Source: Neovahlkampfia damariscottae
Lineage: Eukaryota
Assembly: GCA_016618085.1 (NCBI GenBank)
Contig: JABLTG010000123.1
Span: 1-63,101 of the forward strand
Length of the DNA: 63,101 bases
Direction: 5' to 3'
In this document: in pieces, positions 9,845-19,366 of the stretch
How positions within the stretch are numbered: the stretch's first letter is position 1
How the letters are laid out: every line of letters begins with the position of its first letter
The notes under the pieces: generated by a model
What the model was told of the DNA's origin: nothing
The model's database searches: none
What the model saw: only the letters and a program-made list of their open reading frames with translations
Position numbers and translations under genes: made by a program

Positions 9845-10249
9845 ATGACATATATAAATTTACCAAATTACTACATTTTATTAAAACTAAATGATATGAA
9901 TATGGATTTAATTTCTGTTAATCCAATGGAACAAACAAAAAAAGATTTCAAAGATTTCAAAGTTCTCCAAGAATTCAACAATTACATTCAACTTAAAGAT
10001 CCACATGATGATTTTGTACTTAATGTTTACCATTATTCAAAAAAGAATTTATGTTATGGTTTATTTCTTCACAAGTATCCGATTAATGTTGTTTCAAATG
10101 TTGTTCAAAAATTAGATGAAAATTTAAATCTTCAGTGTGATTGTTTGTTAGATCAAAACGGTGATGAGATTGTTATTGATGATTTCAAAGAGATATTTAA
10201 TTTAGTTGGTGGTGGATATTTTGATTATGATGATGAAGATTCAACTTGA
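9845..10249 (+). CDS. Hypothetical viral protein, possibly fused to the next ORF
   Basis: 134-aa ORF ending LVGGGYFDYDDEDST, overlapping the next frame (QLEGG). Confidence 0.5.
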   Translation: MTYINLPNYYILLKLNDMNMDLISVNPMEQTKKDFKDFKVLQEFNNYIQLKDPHDDFVLNVYHYSKKNLCYGLFLHKYPINVVSNVVQKLDENLNLQCDCLLDQNGDEIVIDDFKEIFNLVGGGYFDYDDEDST

Positions 10250-10976
10250 AGGTGGTAATTTATTTAATTCTGTTGCTGAGTTATTTAAAAATGGATTTAA
10301 CAGAGTAAAAAGTTTAATCACCAATCCTATTCGAGTTGATGCACCACCTTATTATCGAGAGTTTCTTTCAAATTTTGGTAATTTATCAATTGAAAGTATC
10401 ATGATATGTAAAACACCTATTCAAGCTGCATTTAACACCATTATTAACACAATTTCATTTGGTCAGTGGAACAAAAAGAAGGAAGAACTACAATATGATG
10501 ATATGTTTCATTTGTTCATGATTTGTAGATTAGTATCTGGTCAATATGTTCGTGTGGAAAAAAATGAAGTATTATCTATTAATTTGGTTGAACCTTCAAG
10601 TTATAAAAATGCAAAATGTATTCAATTAGGAAATTACGCACAAATGACACCAACAAATTTAATAAAAATGCACCAAAGAGCTTTAGATGCTGTTGGAAAG
10701 GAAAGATTATATTTATACAAAGGATCAAGTACCAACTGTCAATTATTTATTTTTGATTTATTAAATAACTCCGGGTTGATGAATGATGAGATCAAAGGTT
10801 TTGTAATGCAAGATGCCAAGCAGTTAGTTGGTTCTTTACCTGGAATTTCACAGATGATTATTCAAGGTGTCACAGATTTTGGCGGTTTTTTCAATCATGT
10901 TCTATACGGAGCTGGATTGATGGCTAAATATAAAGTTAAAAATAATAAATCTGGTGGTAGTATCATGATGGTTTAA
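10206..10976 (+). CDS. Virophage/PLV-type protein with a permuted papain-like (PPPDE/LRAT-like) H...C dyad
   Basis: YDDMFHLFM..VRVEKNEV..YKGSSTNCQLF: His precedes an NCQ Cys, as in permuted NlpC/P60 enzymes. Confidence 0.55.
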   Translation: MVVDILIMMMKIQLEGGNLFNSVAELFKNGFNRVKSLITNPIRVDAPPYYREFLSNFGNLSIESIMICKTPIQAAFNTIINTISFGQWNKKKEELQYDDMFHLFMICRLVSGQYVRVEKNEVLSINLVEPSSYKNAKCIQLGNYAQMTPTNLIKMHQRALDAVGKERLYLYKGSSTNCQLFIFDLLNNSGLMNDEIKGFVMQDAKQLVGSLPGISQMIIQGVTDFGGFFNHVLYGAGLMAKYKVKNNKSGGSIMMV

Positions 10977-11004
10977 TTTATGTTACTAATTGTAATATAA
11001 ATAA

Positions 11005-11517
11005 TTAAATTTGATTTTGAAAATAATTTTTATGTTTTTGACTTTGTTGATGCTGCCATTTACTATATTTCTTGTAAAATCCACCACATGCACACAATTC
11101 TCGTTGACTATGTTTCAATCTATGTTTTTCATTTACAATTGATCGATAATTTGGTACTTCTTCTTTTACTTTTTCCACCCAATCAATTTGGTAATTTCTT
11201 TTTTCCTCCGGTGTTATATAAGGTCTGTTTTTATTAACACAATCCATTTGATCAATCCAATATCTCTCTCTGGAACGTAATTGTTCTACATTTTGACAAT
11301 CTGGTAATCCTTCAATTAAAATTATTTGATAATTATTATTTTCAAGAACTTCATAAGATGTGTAATATTTACCTATGCCTTGTTGATATCGTGTAAAATT
11401 ATATTTATGTTTTCTTAATCTCTGGCAAAGTCTTGGTGTTGTTGTGGAACCTACATAAACTAAATTTGTCACATTACATACAATTTTATAAATTTTGGAG
11501 TTTCTATAATCTACCAT
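11005..11517 (-). CDS. GIY-YIG endonuclease
   Basis: KIYKIVC..VYVGST..QRLRKH..RERYWI..VNK, plus a C-terminal CACGG..H..H zinc motif. Confidence 0.85.
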   Translation of the reverse strand: MVDYRNSKIYKIVCNVTNLVYVGSTTTPRLCQRLRKHKYNFTRYQQGIGKYYTSYEVLENNNYQIILIEGLPDCQNVEQLRSRERYWIDQMDCVNKNRPYITPEEKRNYQIDWVEKVKEEVPNYRSIVNEKHRLKHSQRELCACGGFYKKYSKWQHQQSQKHKNYFQNQI

Positions 11518-11584
11518 TGTTCTATATTGTTCTTTCTTATTATTTATTTATACCAATTATTATATTTAATTATAATTACAACTT

Positions 11585-11672
11585 CCAGAAATTATGTTCC
11601 GTATTTTTAACAAAAACATTTTTTTTAAAAACAAAAATTAACCAATCAAAAAATACGGAACGTAATTTCTGG
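11585..11672 (+). promoter_or_regulatory. Palindrome-bounded intergenic element, copy 5
   Basis: CCAGAAATTATGTTCCGTATTTTT ... AAAAATACGGAACGTAATTTCTGG between the divergent GIY-YIG and zinc-finger genes. Confidence 0.8.
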
Positions 11673-11711
11673 TAATGGTTTAAAGAAATAAAAAGACTAA
11701 CTATTAGAAAG

Positions 11712-12585
11712 ATGTCAAAAGTAACCTGTGAAGTTTGTGGAAGCGTAGTTTTGGAAAGCAGATTTAAAGAACACGAAAAAACAAAAACATCAAAATGCAT
11801 TAAACGGAGTTAAAAAACATTTCTGTCGCGAATGTAACATACCACTCCGCAACGCCTCAAGTTTTGCAAAACACAAAAGAGAAATACATGATGGGTTAAT
11901 AAGATATAATTATCATTGTAAAACTTGTAATGTTTACATAAAAGACAAAAGAGATGCTTTAACCCATAGAAACAGCAAAAAACACCTAGACGTACTTAAG
12001 TATCTCTACCATTGTGATGTTTGTGATGGTAATGTTCTTTTAAACAAGGAAGGAATGATAAGAAAACACAAATTAATTCACGAGAATAAATGTAACTTGA
12101 AAGCTGTTTTTTATGATGAATACAAAAGAACAGATATCACTTGGGTTACAAATGTTAAGAAAATAGATGGAAAGAAAAAGAAAGCTGCTGTTGTTCGTCG
12201 TCCTGTTATGTTTAATAAAAAAACTGAAACTAATGAACTAATTGAAGAAACAACAGTTAGACAACAAAAGAGAAACATAAAGAAAGAACCTACAAAAGTA
12301 ATTAAAACTTTCAGATATCATTTTAAGGATTTTATGGAGGATGAACAAGTTGAAGGTTTAGATAAAGATGAAATGGATACAATTATCAAAGAATTAGCTT
12401 CTTATGTTGAATACCACGGAATTGAAATAACAGAGGATGATTATGATGGAGATTATGATGAAGATTTAGAAAACCTTGATATTTTGGATGAAGATGGAAC
12501 TAGAGCTTTTTTATTAGAATTAGCAGAAACTATTTACTTTATTCAAACTGGTGGTGAAGAAACAGATGATGAAGATGAAAGATAA
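11712..12585 (+). CDS. Multi-C2H2 zinc-finger protein with acidic tail (frameshift at ~11795)
   Basis: MSKVTCEVCG..H, then a shifted frame FCRECN..HKREIH, HCKTCN..HRNSKKH, HCDVCD..HKLIH, continuous with ORF 12055-12585. Confidence 0.7.
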
Positions 12586-12597
12586 ATATTTTCAGAT

Positions 12598-12699
12598 CCA
12601 AAATGTTGTCCTGTTTTTTCAAAAAATAATTTTTTTAATTTTTAAAATTTTTGTATTTTCAAAAAGTTTATTTTCAACTTTCAAGGACAACATTTTAGG
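12598..12699 (+). promoter_or_regulatory. Palindrome-bounded intergenic element, copy 6 (variant arms)
   Basis: CCAAAATGTTGTCCT ... AGGACAACATTTTAGG. Spacer resembles copy 8, and both arms have changed together. Confidence 0.65.
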
Positions 12700-12812
12700 T
12701 GAATTGATTTTTTGGAATAATCTCAGTTTTGTTTGAAGTATTTTATTATGGAGTTTTTAAACTTTTCAGTATTATTATTGGCTAAACAATTCTAAAAATA
12801 TTCACAAATCAA

Positions 12813-13401
12813 ATGTCACTTGAAGTTAGAAACAAACCAAACGAAAATATAAACTTGGTGGTCAAAAATTGGCAAAATAATGATACATTAGAAGAAATTG
12901 TAAAATATGAATACAGAAAGTTGAACAAAAGCGAATTTACAGAAGATGACATTGAAATTCTTCGTAGTGAAAGATTAAAGTTTTTAGGAGACTGGAAAGA
13001 CCTTTGCAAAACTACCAAATTTTCAGAAAGAAGCAACAAGTATAATGATGGGTTAGTTCTTTTATTAGATAAAGTGGCTGGTATTGAACCAGAAAATGTA
13101 AGTTCGCGAAAAAATAAAACGACAAAAGGAGGAAGAAGAGACACCAGCAACAGAGGAAAAGTGTTGCGGTTGGAACAAGAAGACATTAAAAGCGATTGTG
13201 ATAGTAGTTACCTCAGCACTTTATCTTATTATTTACTTCACTATTTTGGCTCTATTAATTTGGAGTGCAACAGTAGAAGGGACCAGCATTTACACAGTAC
13301 TTTGGAACCTAGGTCCGTGGAGCTTGATAGCATTAATAGCAATGTATACATTCATAACAACTTTGATTGCGACACTATGCGAAAAAGAAAATAAAAATTG
13401 A
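12813..13401 (+). CDS. Hypothetical viral protein, probably with C-terminal TM helices after a frameshift at ~13190
   Basis: Overlapping ORF 13198-13401 encodes two hydrophobic segments. Confidence 0.4.
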
Positions 13402-13705
13402 TTTATTTGTATTTTTGTCAATAAAAAGTATCAATTTCAAACATCCCAAACCATACTATTGAAAGAAACATTATTTTTAAAGGTTCATTTGAGTGAAAGG
13501 TTTACATCAGTCATTGAACTCAAAAAGTACAAAATCATCAATATCAGAAGTTTACAATAAATATTTATTCTTGCTTTCTTCTTGTTCTCACTATTGTACT
13601 TCCTTGTAATCCAACAATATTAGACCATTTGGTTTTATTCACAGCTTCTTCAATTTCTTCAACATTTGTAACTTTCAACATGTTTCTCGGATTGTACAAT
13701 TTGTT

Positions 13706-14584
13706 TTAAATCTCCTTTGTTTCTAAATTCTGGAGTTTAAATTTATTTCCAACTTTTTCAACTATCATGTAAATGTTTTTTGAATTTCTCACTTTATCCG
13801 ATTTGTCAAAAATCTTTTTGTTTAAAATAATTCTAACTTTATCATTTATTTTAAATTTCGGTTCAAAATGTTTAATTTCCTGATGGTTCACATCCTTGTA
13901 ATTCCAAACTTCTGCAGGTTTTGCTTTTGTTCTTGTATGAACTGTATTATTATATTTTTTAATTATATCAGGTAACACCTTGTACCATTCATATTTTCCT
14001 GTTGACAATCTCCACTTTTGTAATAAACCAGCTAAAGTTTTGTTGAAACTCTCTACAATTGAATTTTTAATTAAATCATCAGTTTCAGAATAAACAACTT
14101 TTACATCATGGTCTTCCATTAATTTAACAAAATCATCCGAAATAAATTGATTATCACATCTTAATTCTTTTGGATAACCCATTTCTTCCATAATACTCTC
14201 AACTGCATCTAAAAGTGTTTCTGCTTTTCCACCTCTTGTACTTTCTTTTAATTTCATATTGGTTAAAGCTCTGGATGCAACATATCTGCTATTTGTATCT
14301 ACACAGTTTAAAATATATTGATATCCATGAATTTTAAATCTATTGTATACCATAACATCCATGTAATATAAAAATCCATTTGAAGGAACCACAATTGTGT
14401 TAAATTCCTTTTGTTTCTTCGGTACAGTTGATAATTGAAACCATGGTTCTTTATCCCTCACTTTTTTAATTTGTTCAATTGTTGCATCAATTCCATTGTC
14501 TTTTAACATTTTTTTTAATTTTGTTAAATCACTTGTGAGACCAAGATTTGGATCATTAATAAGTCTTTTTATTTCTTTTTCCAT
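13706..14584 (-). CDS. Retroviral-type (rve) DDE integrase
   Basis: YMD..YILNCVDTNSRY..RCDNQF..NSIVESFNKTL..YNNTVHTRTKAKP, with D(33)E spacing. The C-terminus probably continues in another frame to ~13565. Confidence 0.92.
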   Translation of the reverse strand: MEKEIKRLINDPNLGLTSDLTKLKKMLKDNGIDATIEQIKKVRDKEPWFQLSTVPKKQKEFNTIVVPSNGFLYYMDVMVYNRFKIHGYQYILNCVDTNSRYVASRALTNMKLKESTRGGKAETLLDAVESIMEEMGYPKELRCDNQFISDDFVKLMEDHDVKVVYSETDDLIKNSIVESFNKTLAGLLQKWRLSTGKYEWYKVLPDIIKKYNNTVHTRTKAKPAEVWNYKDVNHQEIKHFEPKFKINDKVRIILNKKIFDKSDKVRNSKNIYMIVEKVGNKFKLQNLETKEI

Positions 14585-14617
14585 ATATTATTAATAAACA
14601 TATTTAAATTGATAATC

Positions 14618-14723
14618 CCAGAAATTTGGTTCCGTAAAAATTGTAAAAAAACTTTTTTAAAATAAGAAAATTTTTGAAAATAAAAAAAATTATTTTGTAA
14701 AAAATACGGAACGTAATTTCTGG
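14618..14723 (-). promoter_or_regulatory. Palindrome-bounded intergenic element, copy 7
   Basis: CCAGAAATTTGGTTCCGTA ... TACGGAACGTAATTTCTGG, very similar to copy 2, 33 bp upstream of the integrase ATG. Confidence 0.8.
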
Positions 14724-14725
14724 AA

Positions 14726-15154
14726 TTACACATTTCCATATTTTCGGGCAAGCTCTTCATAGAATTCTTTGTTCTCTTCATAATCTTCTTGTAAAATTCT
14801 ATCAAATTCACCATTATCTTCACCAAATTCATCCTCCACGCTGTAATATGGGTTATCTCTTTTTGATTGTATCAATTCTAATTCAATGTTTGAAAGAGTT
14901 TTAACCGGTTTGAAGTTGATATTTATTTGGTATTCATCCATATTTCTTTTTTTTATAATTTCTTCTTCTGTTTGTGCAATAAATTGATCTATTTCTGTGT
15001 GATCTGTATTATCATATTTTTGATACTCTTCTTCGCTACACTCTTTTAATGTATCAAATAAATTATAATTTTCAGGAATTTCGATTTTATAATATTCTAA
15101 ATTTCCAACCTTCTTTTTGCAATAAATTAAACCGCCTACAGTCTCCTTTTCCAT
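14726..15154 (-). CDS. Hypothetical acidic viral protein
   Basis: 142-aa ORF bracketed by repeat copies 7 and 8. Confidence 0.55.
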   Translation of the reverse strand: MEKETVGGLIYCKKKVGNLEYYKIEIPENYNLFDTLKECSEEEYQKYDNTDHTEIDQFIAQTEEEIIKKRNMDEYQININFKPVKTLSNIELELIQSKRDNPYYSVEDEFGEDNGEFDRILQEDYEENKEFYEELARKYGNV

Positions 15155-15195
15155 TATATAACTAACAAAGATATTTAAATTATTAATATTTACAC

Positions 15196-15301
15196 CCAGA
15201 AAATGTGTTCCGTATTTTTTGTAAAATTATTTTTTTTATTTTTAAAAATTTCCTTAATTTAAAAAAGTTTTTTTCCAATTTTTACGGAACGTAATTTCTG
15301 G
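15196..15301 (+). promoter_or_regulatory. Palindrome-bounded intergenic element, copy 8
   Basis: CCAGAAAATGTGTTCCGTA ... TACGGAACGTAATTTCTGG, inverted relative to copy 7, 47 bp upstream of the polymerase ATG. Confidence 0.8.
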
Positions 15302-15348
15302 GTTAGTGAGTTAAAGAAATAAAAATAAAATAACATATAATTGTATAA

Positions 15349-18300
15349 ATGAATTACAAAAAGTTGGCAAATGATTATATCAACAAGAAACTTATGATAA
15401 TGATTTATGGTGATGATTATTATTATTTCTACCCTGGTAAAGCATGGAATAGAACATATATCACTAATAAAGAAGGTAAGAAATTAATCAAAACCATTGA
15501 AACTCTTCACATGAAAAAACAAATGAATGTGGATAATGAACCAATCAAAAAATACTCTGTCCACATAACTTTATGGGGTGAAGAAACACAAAGAGAAAAA
15601 TGGTCTGGTTTAATTATGAAAAGAAGAGAAGAAACTTTAACCATGAATTTATCAGATCAACAATTAGAACATTTGAAATCTCTTGGTGAAGAATTTAATA
15701 ACCTCGGAAATTACGACGGAGATTACAAATTAATTAAAAACGGTTCAGAAGAATATGATACTGTAATAGCTCACATGAACGAAGATGATCAAAGATACTT
15801 TAATAATCTTGCAAGTTTAATTGAATATATTTCATTAGACGAATTTGTAAGAATTAAGGTAAAAAAATATAACCTTTTAAAAAGTAATTTGAAAGCAAGT
15901 CATTTGAGTGAAACAATTAATAACAAAGCAATTGAATATGAAGGTAAATTACTCAAAGAACTTGTAAAATCAAATCAATTACCAAAAAAGTTTAAAAATG
16001 ATGCTTGTGTATACAATGCCTTAATACAAATGTACCAAGACCAAAAAGAAATCAAATTAAACAAAAAGAAATTACAATATGAAAAATTATATCAATTCTT
16101 TAATAACAAACCTTACAAACCAAGAGCTACATTATCAGTAACAGCAGAACAATTGAAATCATTTTTTGAATACTTTAATCTTGAATGCATCTTCTTGGAT
16201 GGACAAAATCAAATCGTTTATCATTACAAACCAGAAAATCCAAAACGTATCAAAAATAGACATTTTAAAGCTATCATCACCAACAATCACATTTTTCCAA
16301 TTCTTAATCAACTCAACAAATGGAACAGCAAAGAAATAAATGAATTGAAAACAAATGATTATTACAATTTACAAGCTCAAAAAGAAAAGAATGAAATCTT
16401 TATTAAAGACAAAGCAGAAATTTTAAACATGAAAATTGAAGAAAAGAAATATTACACAATTTATCATGGTGGAAATCTCACGGAAATATTAAAATGGTTA
16501 AAATATGATTTGAAATATCATCCAGAAGTTAGATATACATCATCAGTTAACAACATTTATTTAAAAATCAATCAATCAATTATCAACATTACCAATTATG
16601 ACACAACATACAATGCAAATGAAACTGATTTAAGATACAAAGAAATAAATCAACAAGTAGAAATAAAATACATGGAATTATTCAAAAAATATGACAACGA
16701 ATTTATGAAAACATTATTATCAAAACAATACCTTACTGAATACTCTAACTCATTACAATATAATTTATTTAATTTTCCAATCAATTGTGCTGTTGGAACT
16801 ATCAGAGGAAAGAAAAGTAAATATGCTATTGACTTCACGAAAGCTTATTCATCCATCTTGTATGAAAGTTCATTCATTCCGGTGGCTACTCCATTTGATG
16901 CATTTGAAAGATACAATGATGAAGAAATCCATCAATCACATTTATATGCTATTAGAATTGATGACACTTTTGAAAACAGAATTTTATCTGATACAAGAAT
17001 TAGGTTAACCTATGGAGTTAATTTATTAAAAATCATGCAATATCAAAAAGTTAGAATTTTGTTCTTCTGTAAGTTGAATAAAACAGCAGACAATCAAATG
17101 TTACCGAAATTAATGGACAAAATTATGAAATCAGAACTGAAGAAAGATGATCAAAAGTTTATTTTTAATAAAGCAATTGGCTTGACAGGGAAGAAACACA
17201 ATCAAGCTGTAAAATCTGGAATTTATGATAATGTTTCAGAAGCAAACCATTATTTAAGTGCAGAAGATAAAAAATACTTTCCAAAAAACATCAGAGATAC
17301 CGAATTATGGTATATAGAACAAAGAGGAGAAAAGAAACCACTTAAAAATGGATTTTATTTAATTCAAGCTTTGATTTATGATACCATGAGAACCAAATTA
17401 TACATTATGGCTGAAGAGTTGAAGAAACAAGATATCAATGTTGTTTCTGTAAAAACAGATTGTATTTACACTTTTAAGAAACCGGATGTTACAAAATTAC
17501 CATTTAAAGTTGGAACAGAATTCGGATGTATCAAAGATGTTGTTGAAGATACATTCGATACAAAAGCAACATTAACCATGCATGATTATAATGAAAGTTG
17601 TTGTGAAAATTGCGCTGCAAAATGTGTTGTTGCAAACAAGAAACGTATTCAAGTTAAATTATTCAGACAACCAGAATGTCACAAAATTGAATTAAATGAT
17701 GAATTTGATAACACAGAATTTAGTAAATTGGTGAACAAAACATTAATTCGTGCAGATTTGGCGGGAGCAGGAAAAACAACCAATATGATCAAATATTATC
17801 AATCAATTGGAAAAAAGGTATTAGTTGTCTGTCCAACCAATGTGTTAGCTTTGGATATTCAAACAAAATTCCCTGACGTTGTAGCAATAACCTTTTGTAA
17901 CTTTGCCGGTTTAATTGTTGGTGAAGAAGCAAAAAGTAAGAAACAATATGATCTCTCACCATTTGATGTGATATTGATTGATGAGATTTATAATTTAACA
18001 ACCATCCATTTGTCCAAATTAAACAAAATTATGAAACAAGACGAGAATAAGATATTTATCGCAACCGGTGATAATTTACAAAATGCACCAATTGAAACAA
18101 TTAATGATGACAGTATTTATAACAGAATTATTGAAAACATGTTCCCAAATCATTTGCAACTCCATGAAAGTAGAAGATTAACAAACAAGAAACAAAAAGA
18201 TACATTATTAAAATTGAAAGAATTTATTTTCACACATTTTGAAACAATGCCAAGAAGACAATTTTTAAAACAATTGGAAGAACAATTTAAAATTAAAATA

Positions 18301-18882
18301 AACAAAAGAACAGATTTAAAAACATCAACTAACATCACATTATTTAATACATCTGCCATCATGGTTTGTAAACATGTGTTACCAAAGATTGATAAAGATA
18401 AAATTAATTGCAAAAACTTTAATTGGTGCAAGGATATTGATTGCTTTGTGAAAAATAGAATAAAAGTTAAAGAACATACATTCCATACAAACTATGTGTA
18501 CAAAATTATTGAAATTGATGATAAATTGGTTAAATTAAAAGATGAATTCCAAAACAAAGAATACACCATTGAAACTAATAAACTGGATAAGAACTTCCGT
18601 CCATACTTCTCATTGACCGGTCATAGTACACAAGGAGTAACAACAGATAAGACTTTAAATATCTTTGATGTAGAAAGCAAATTTATGACTGCTCGCTGGA
18701 TTTGGACTGCATTAACTAGAACAACAGATTTGAACAAAGTTAATTTAATCATAAGACAAAATGGGAGTTACCTTGAAATGAAATATAATTTTAATGCAAT
18801 GATTAACAGATACAAGATATTTTGGCTGGTAGGGAATTTAAAGACGACGGGTCAAATTAAAAAAATCAAAGTTCTAATTTGA
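15349..18882 (+). CDS. Family B DNA polymerase-like domain fused to a superfamily 1 (RecD/Pif1-like) helicase
   Basis: PolB-like motifs A AIDFTKAYSSIL, B KFIFNKAIGLTGK, C SVKTDCI. SF1 motifs AGAGKTT, ILIDEI, GDNLQNAPI, TGHSTQGVT, WTALTR. Confidence 0.85.
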   Translation: MNYKKLANDYINKKLMIMIYGDDYYYFYPGKAWNRTYITNKEGKKLIKTIETLHMKKQMNVDNEPIKKYSVHITLWGEETQREKWSGLIMKRREETLTMNLSDQQLEHLKSLGEEFNNLGNYDGDYKLIKNGSEEYDTVIAHMNEDDQRYFNNLASLIEYISLDEFVRIKVKKYNLLKSNLKASHLSETINNKAIEYEGKLLKELVKSNQLPKKFKNDACVYNALIQMYQDQKEIKLNKKKLQYEKLYQFFNNKPYKPRATLSVTAEQLKSFFEYFNLECIFLDGQNQIVYHYKPENPKRIKNRHFKAIITNNHIFPILNQLNKWNSKEINELKTNDYYNLQAQKEKNEIFIKDKAEILNMKIEEKKYYTIYHGGNLTEILKWLKYDLKYHPEVRYTSSVNNIYLKINQSIINITNYDTTYNANETDLRYKEINQQVEIKYMELFKKYDNEFMKTLLSKQYLTEYSNSLQYNLFNFPINCAVGTIRGKKSKYAIDFTKAYSSILYESSFIPVATPFDAFERYNDEEIHQSHLYAIRIDDTFENRILSDTRIRLTYGVNLLKIMQYQKVRILFFCKLNKTADNQMLPKLMDKIMKSELKKDDQKFIFNKAIGLTGKKHNQAVKSGIYDNVSEANHYLSAEDKKYFPKNIRDTELWYIEQRGEKKPLKNGFYLIQALIYDTMRTKLYIMAEELKKQDINVVSVKTDCIYTFKKPDVTKLPFKVGTEFGCIKDVVEDTFDTKATLTMHDYNESCCENCAAKCVVANKKRIQVKLFRQPECHKIELNDEFDNTEFSKLVNKTLIRADLAGAGKTTNMIKYYQSIGKKVLVVCPTNVLALDIQTKFPDVVAITFCNFAGLIVGEEAKSKKQYDLSPFDVILIDEIYNLTTIHLSKLNKIMKQDENKIFIATGDNLQNAPIETINDDSIYNRIIENMFPNHLQLHESRRLTNKKQKDTLLKLKEFIFTHFETMPRRQFLKQLEEQFKIKINKRTDLKTSTNITLFNTSAIMVCKHVLPKIDKDKINCKNFNWCKDIDCFVKNRIKVKEHTFHTNYVYKIIEIDDKLVKLKDEFQNKEYTIETNKLDKNFRPYFSLTGHSTQGVTTDKTLNIFDVESKFMTARWIWTALTRTTDLNKVNLIIRQNGSYLEMKYNFNAMINRYKIFWLVGNLKTTGQIKKIKVLI

Positions 18883-18918
18883 TTGCCTGCAACTGGACCC
18901 ACACCCCATCTAGCTGAA

Positions 18919-19096
18919 TTCAAATTATTCGAGTGGCTGCAACATTTCACAACGTAACCATGCAGATTTCAAAAATACAATTATTTTTTTGTTTCATTCC
19001 TGAGCAGCAAGGTACATGGCAGAGGCCTCGCTAGAGGAAACAGGGAGGAAATTTTAATTTCCGAGTGTGTTTATCTGCCATGTACTTACTGCTGCT
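18919..19096 (-). repeat. Right terminal inverted repeat containing a terminal T-shaped hairpin (19003-19096)
   Basis: Reverse complement matches 4042-4218. Internal pairing AGCAGCAAGGTACATGGCAGA / TCTGCCATGTACTTACTGCTGCT. Confidence 0.9.
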
Positions 19097-19102
19097 AGAG
19101 TT
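19097..19102 (+). repeat. Right 6-bp target-site duplication AGAGTT
   Basis: Identical to 4036-4041. Confidence 0.9.
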
Positions 19103-19234
19103 CCATTAGAAAAGCGTCAACGTTTTGAGTTGTTCAATTCAGCAGGTTTCAATTCAATTTTGGAAGTACCTTTTAAAATTTCAAATATCACACCAAAATC
19201 TCTCCAAAAAGATATTCAATTCAAATATAAATAA
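19103..19234 (+). pseudogene. 3' end of the host gene interrupted at 4041
   Basis: In-frame continuation PLEKRQRFELFNSAGFNSILEVPFKISNITPKSLQKDIQFKYK*. Confidence 0.75.
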
Positions 19235-19366
19235 AAAAAATACAATTAAGAATTCTCAAGGTTGACAATAATTTCCCACCAATCAAATTGTTGAATGAAG
19301 AGAAAAGGAACAACTTCAACAGCAAATTGAAAAAAAAAAAATGAATACAAGGTTATTGAAGAAGTA

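Larger units (their letters stand above)
4042..19096. mobile_element. Endogenous virophage/Polinton-like DNA virus, 15,055 bp, probably internally deleted
   Basis: 5'-AGCAGCA...TGCTGCT-3' termini, ~178-bp imperfect TIRs, 6-bp TSD. Intronless genes for rve integrase, A32 ATPase, adenain protease, penton fragment, PolB-helicase and GIY-YIG. Confidence 0.93.

Noticed and set aside
4255..15301. The eight repeats as a CRISPR array
   Set aside because: Copies are separated by whole genes, not 25-45-bp spacers, and no cas genes are present.
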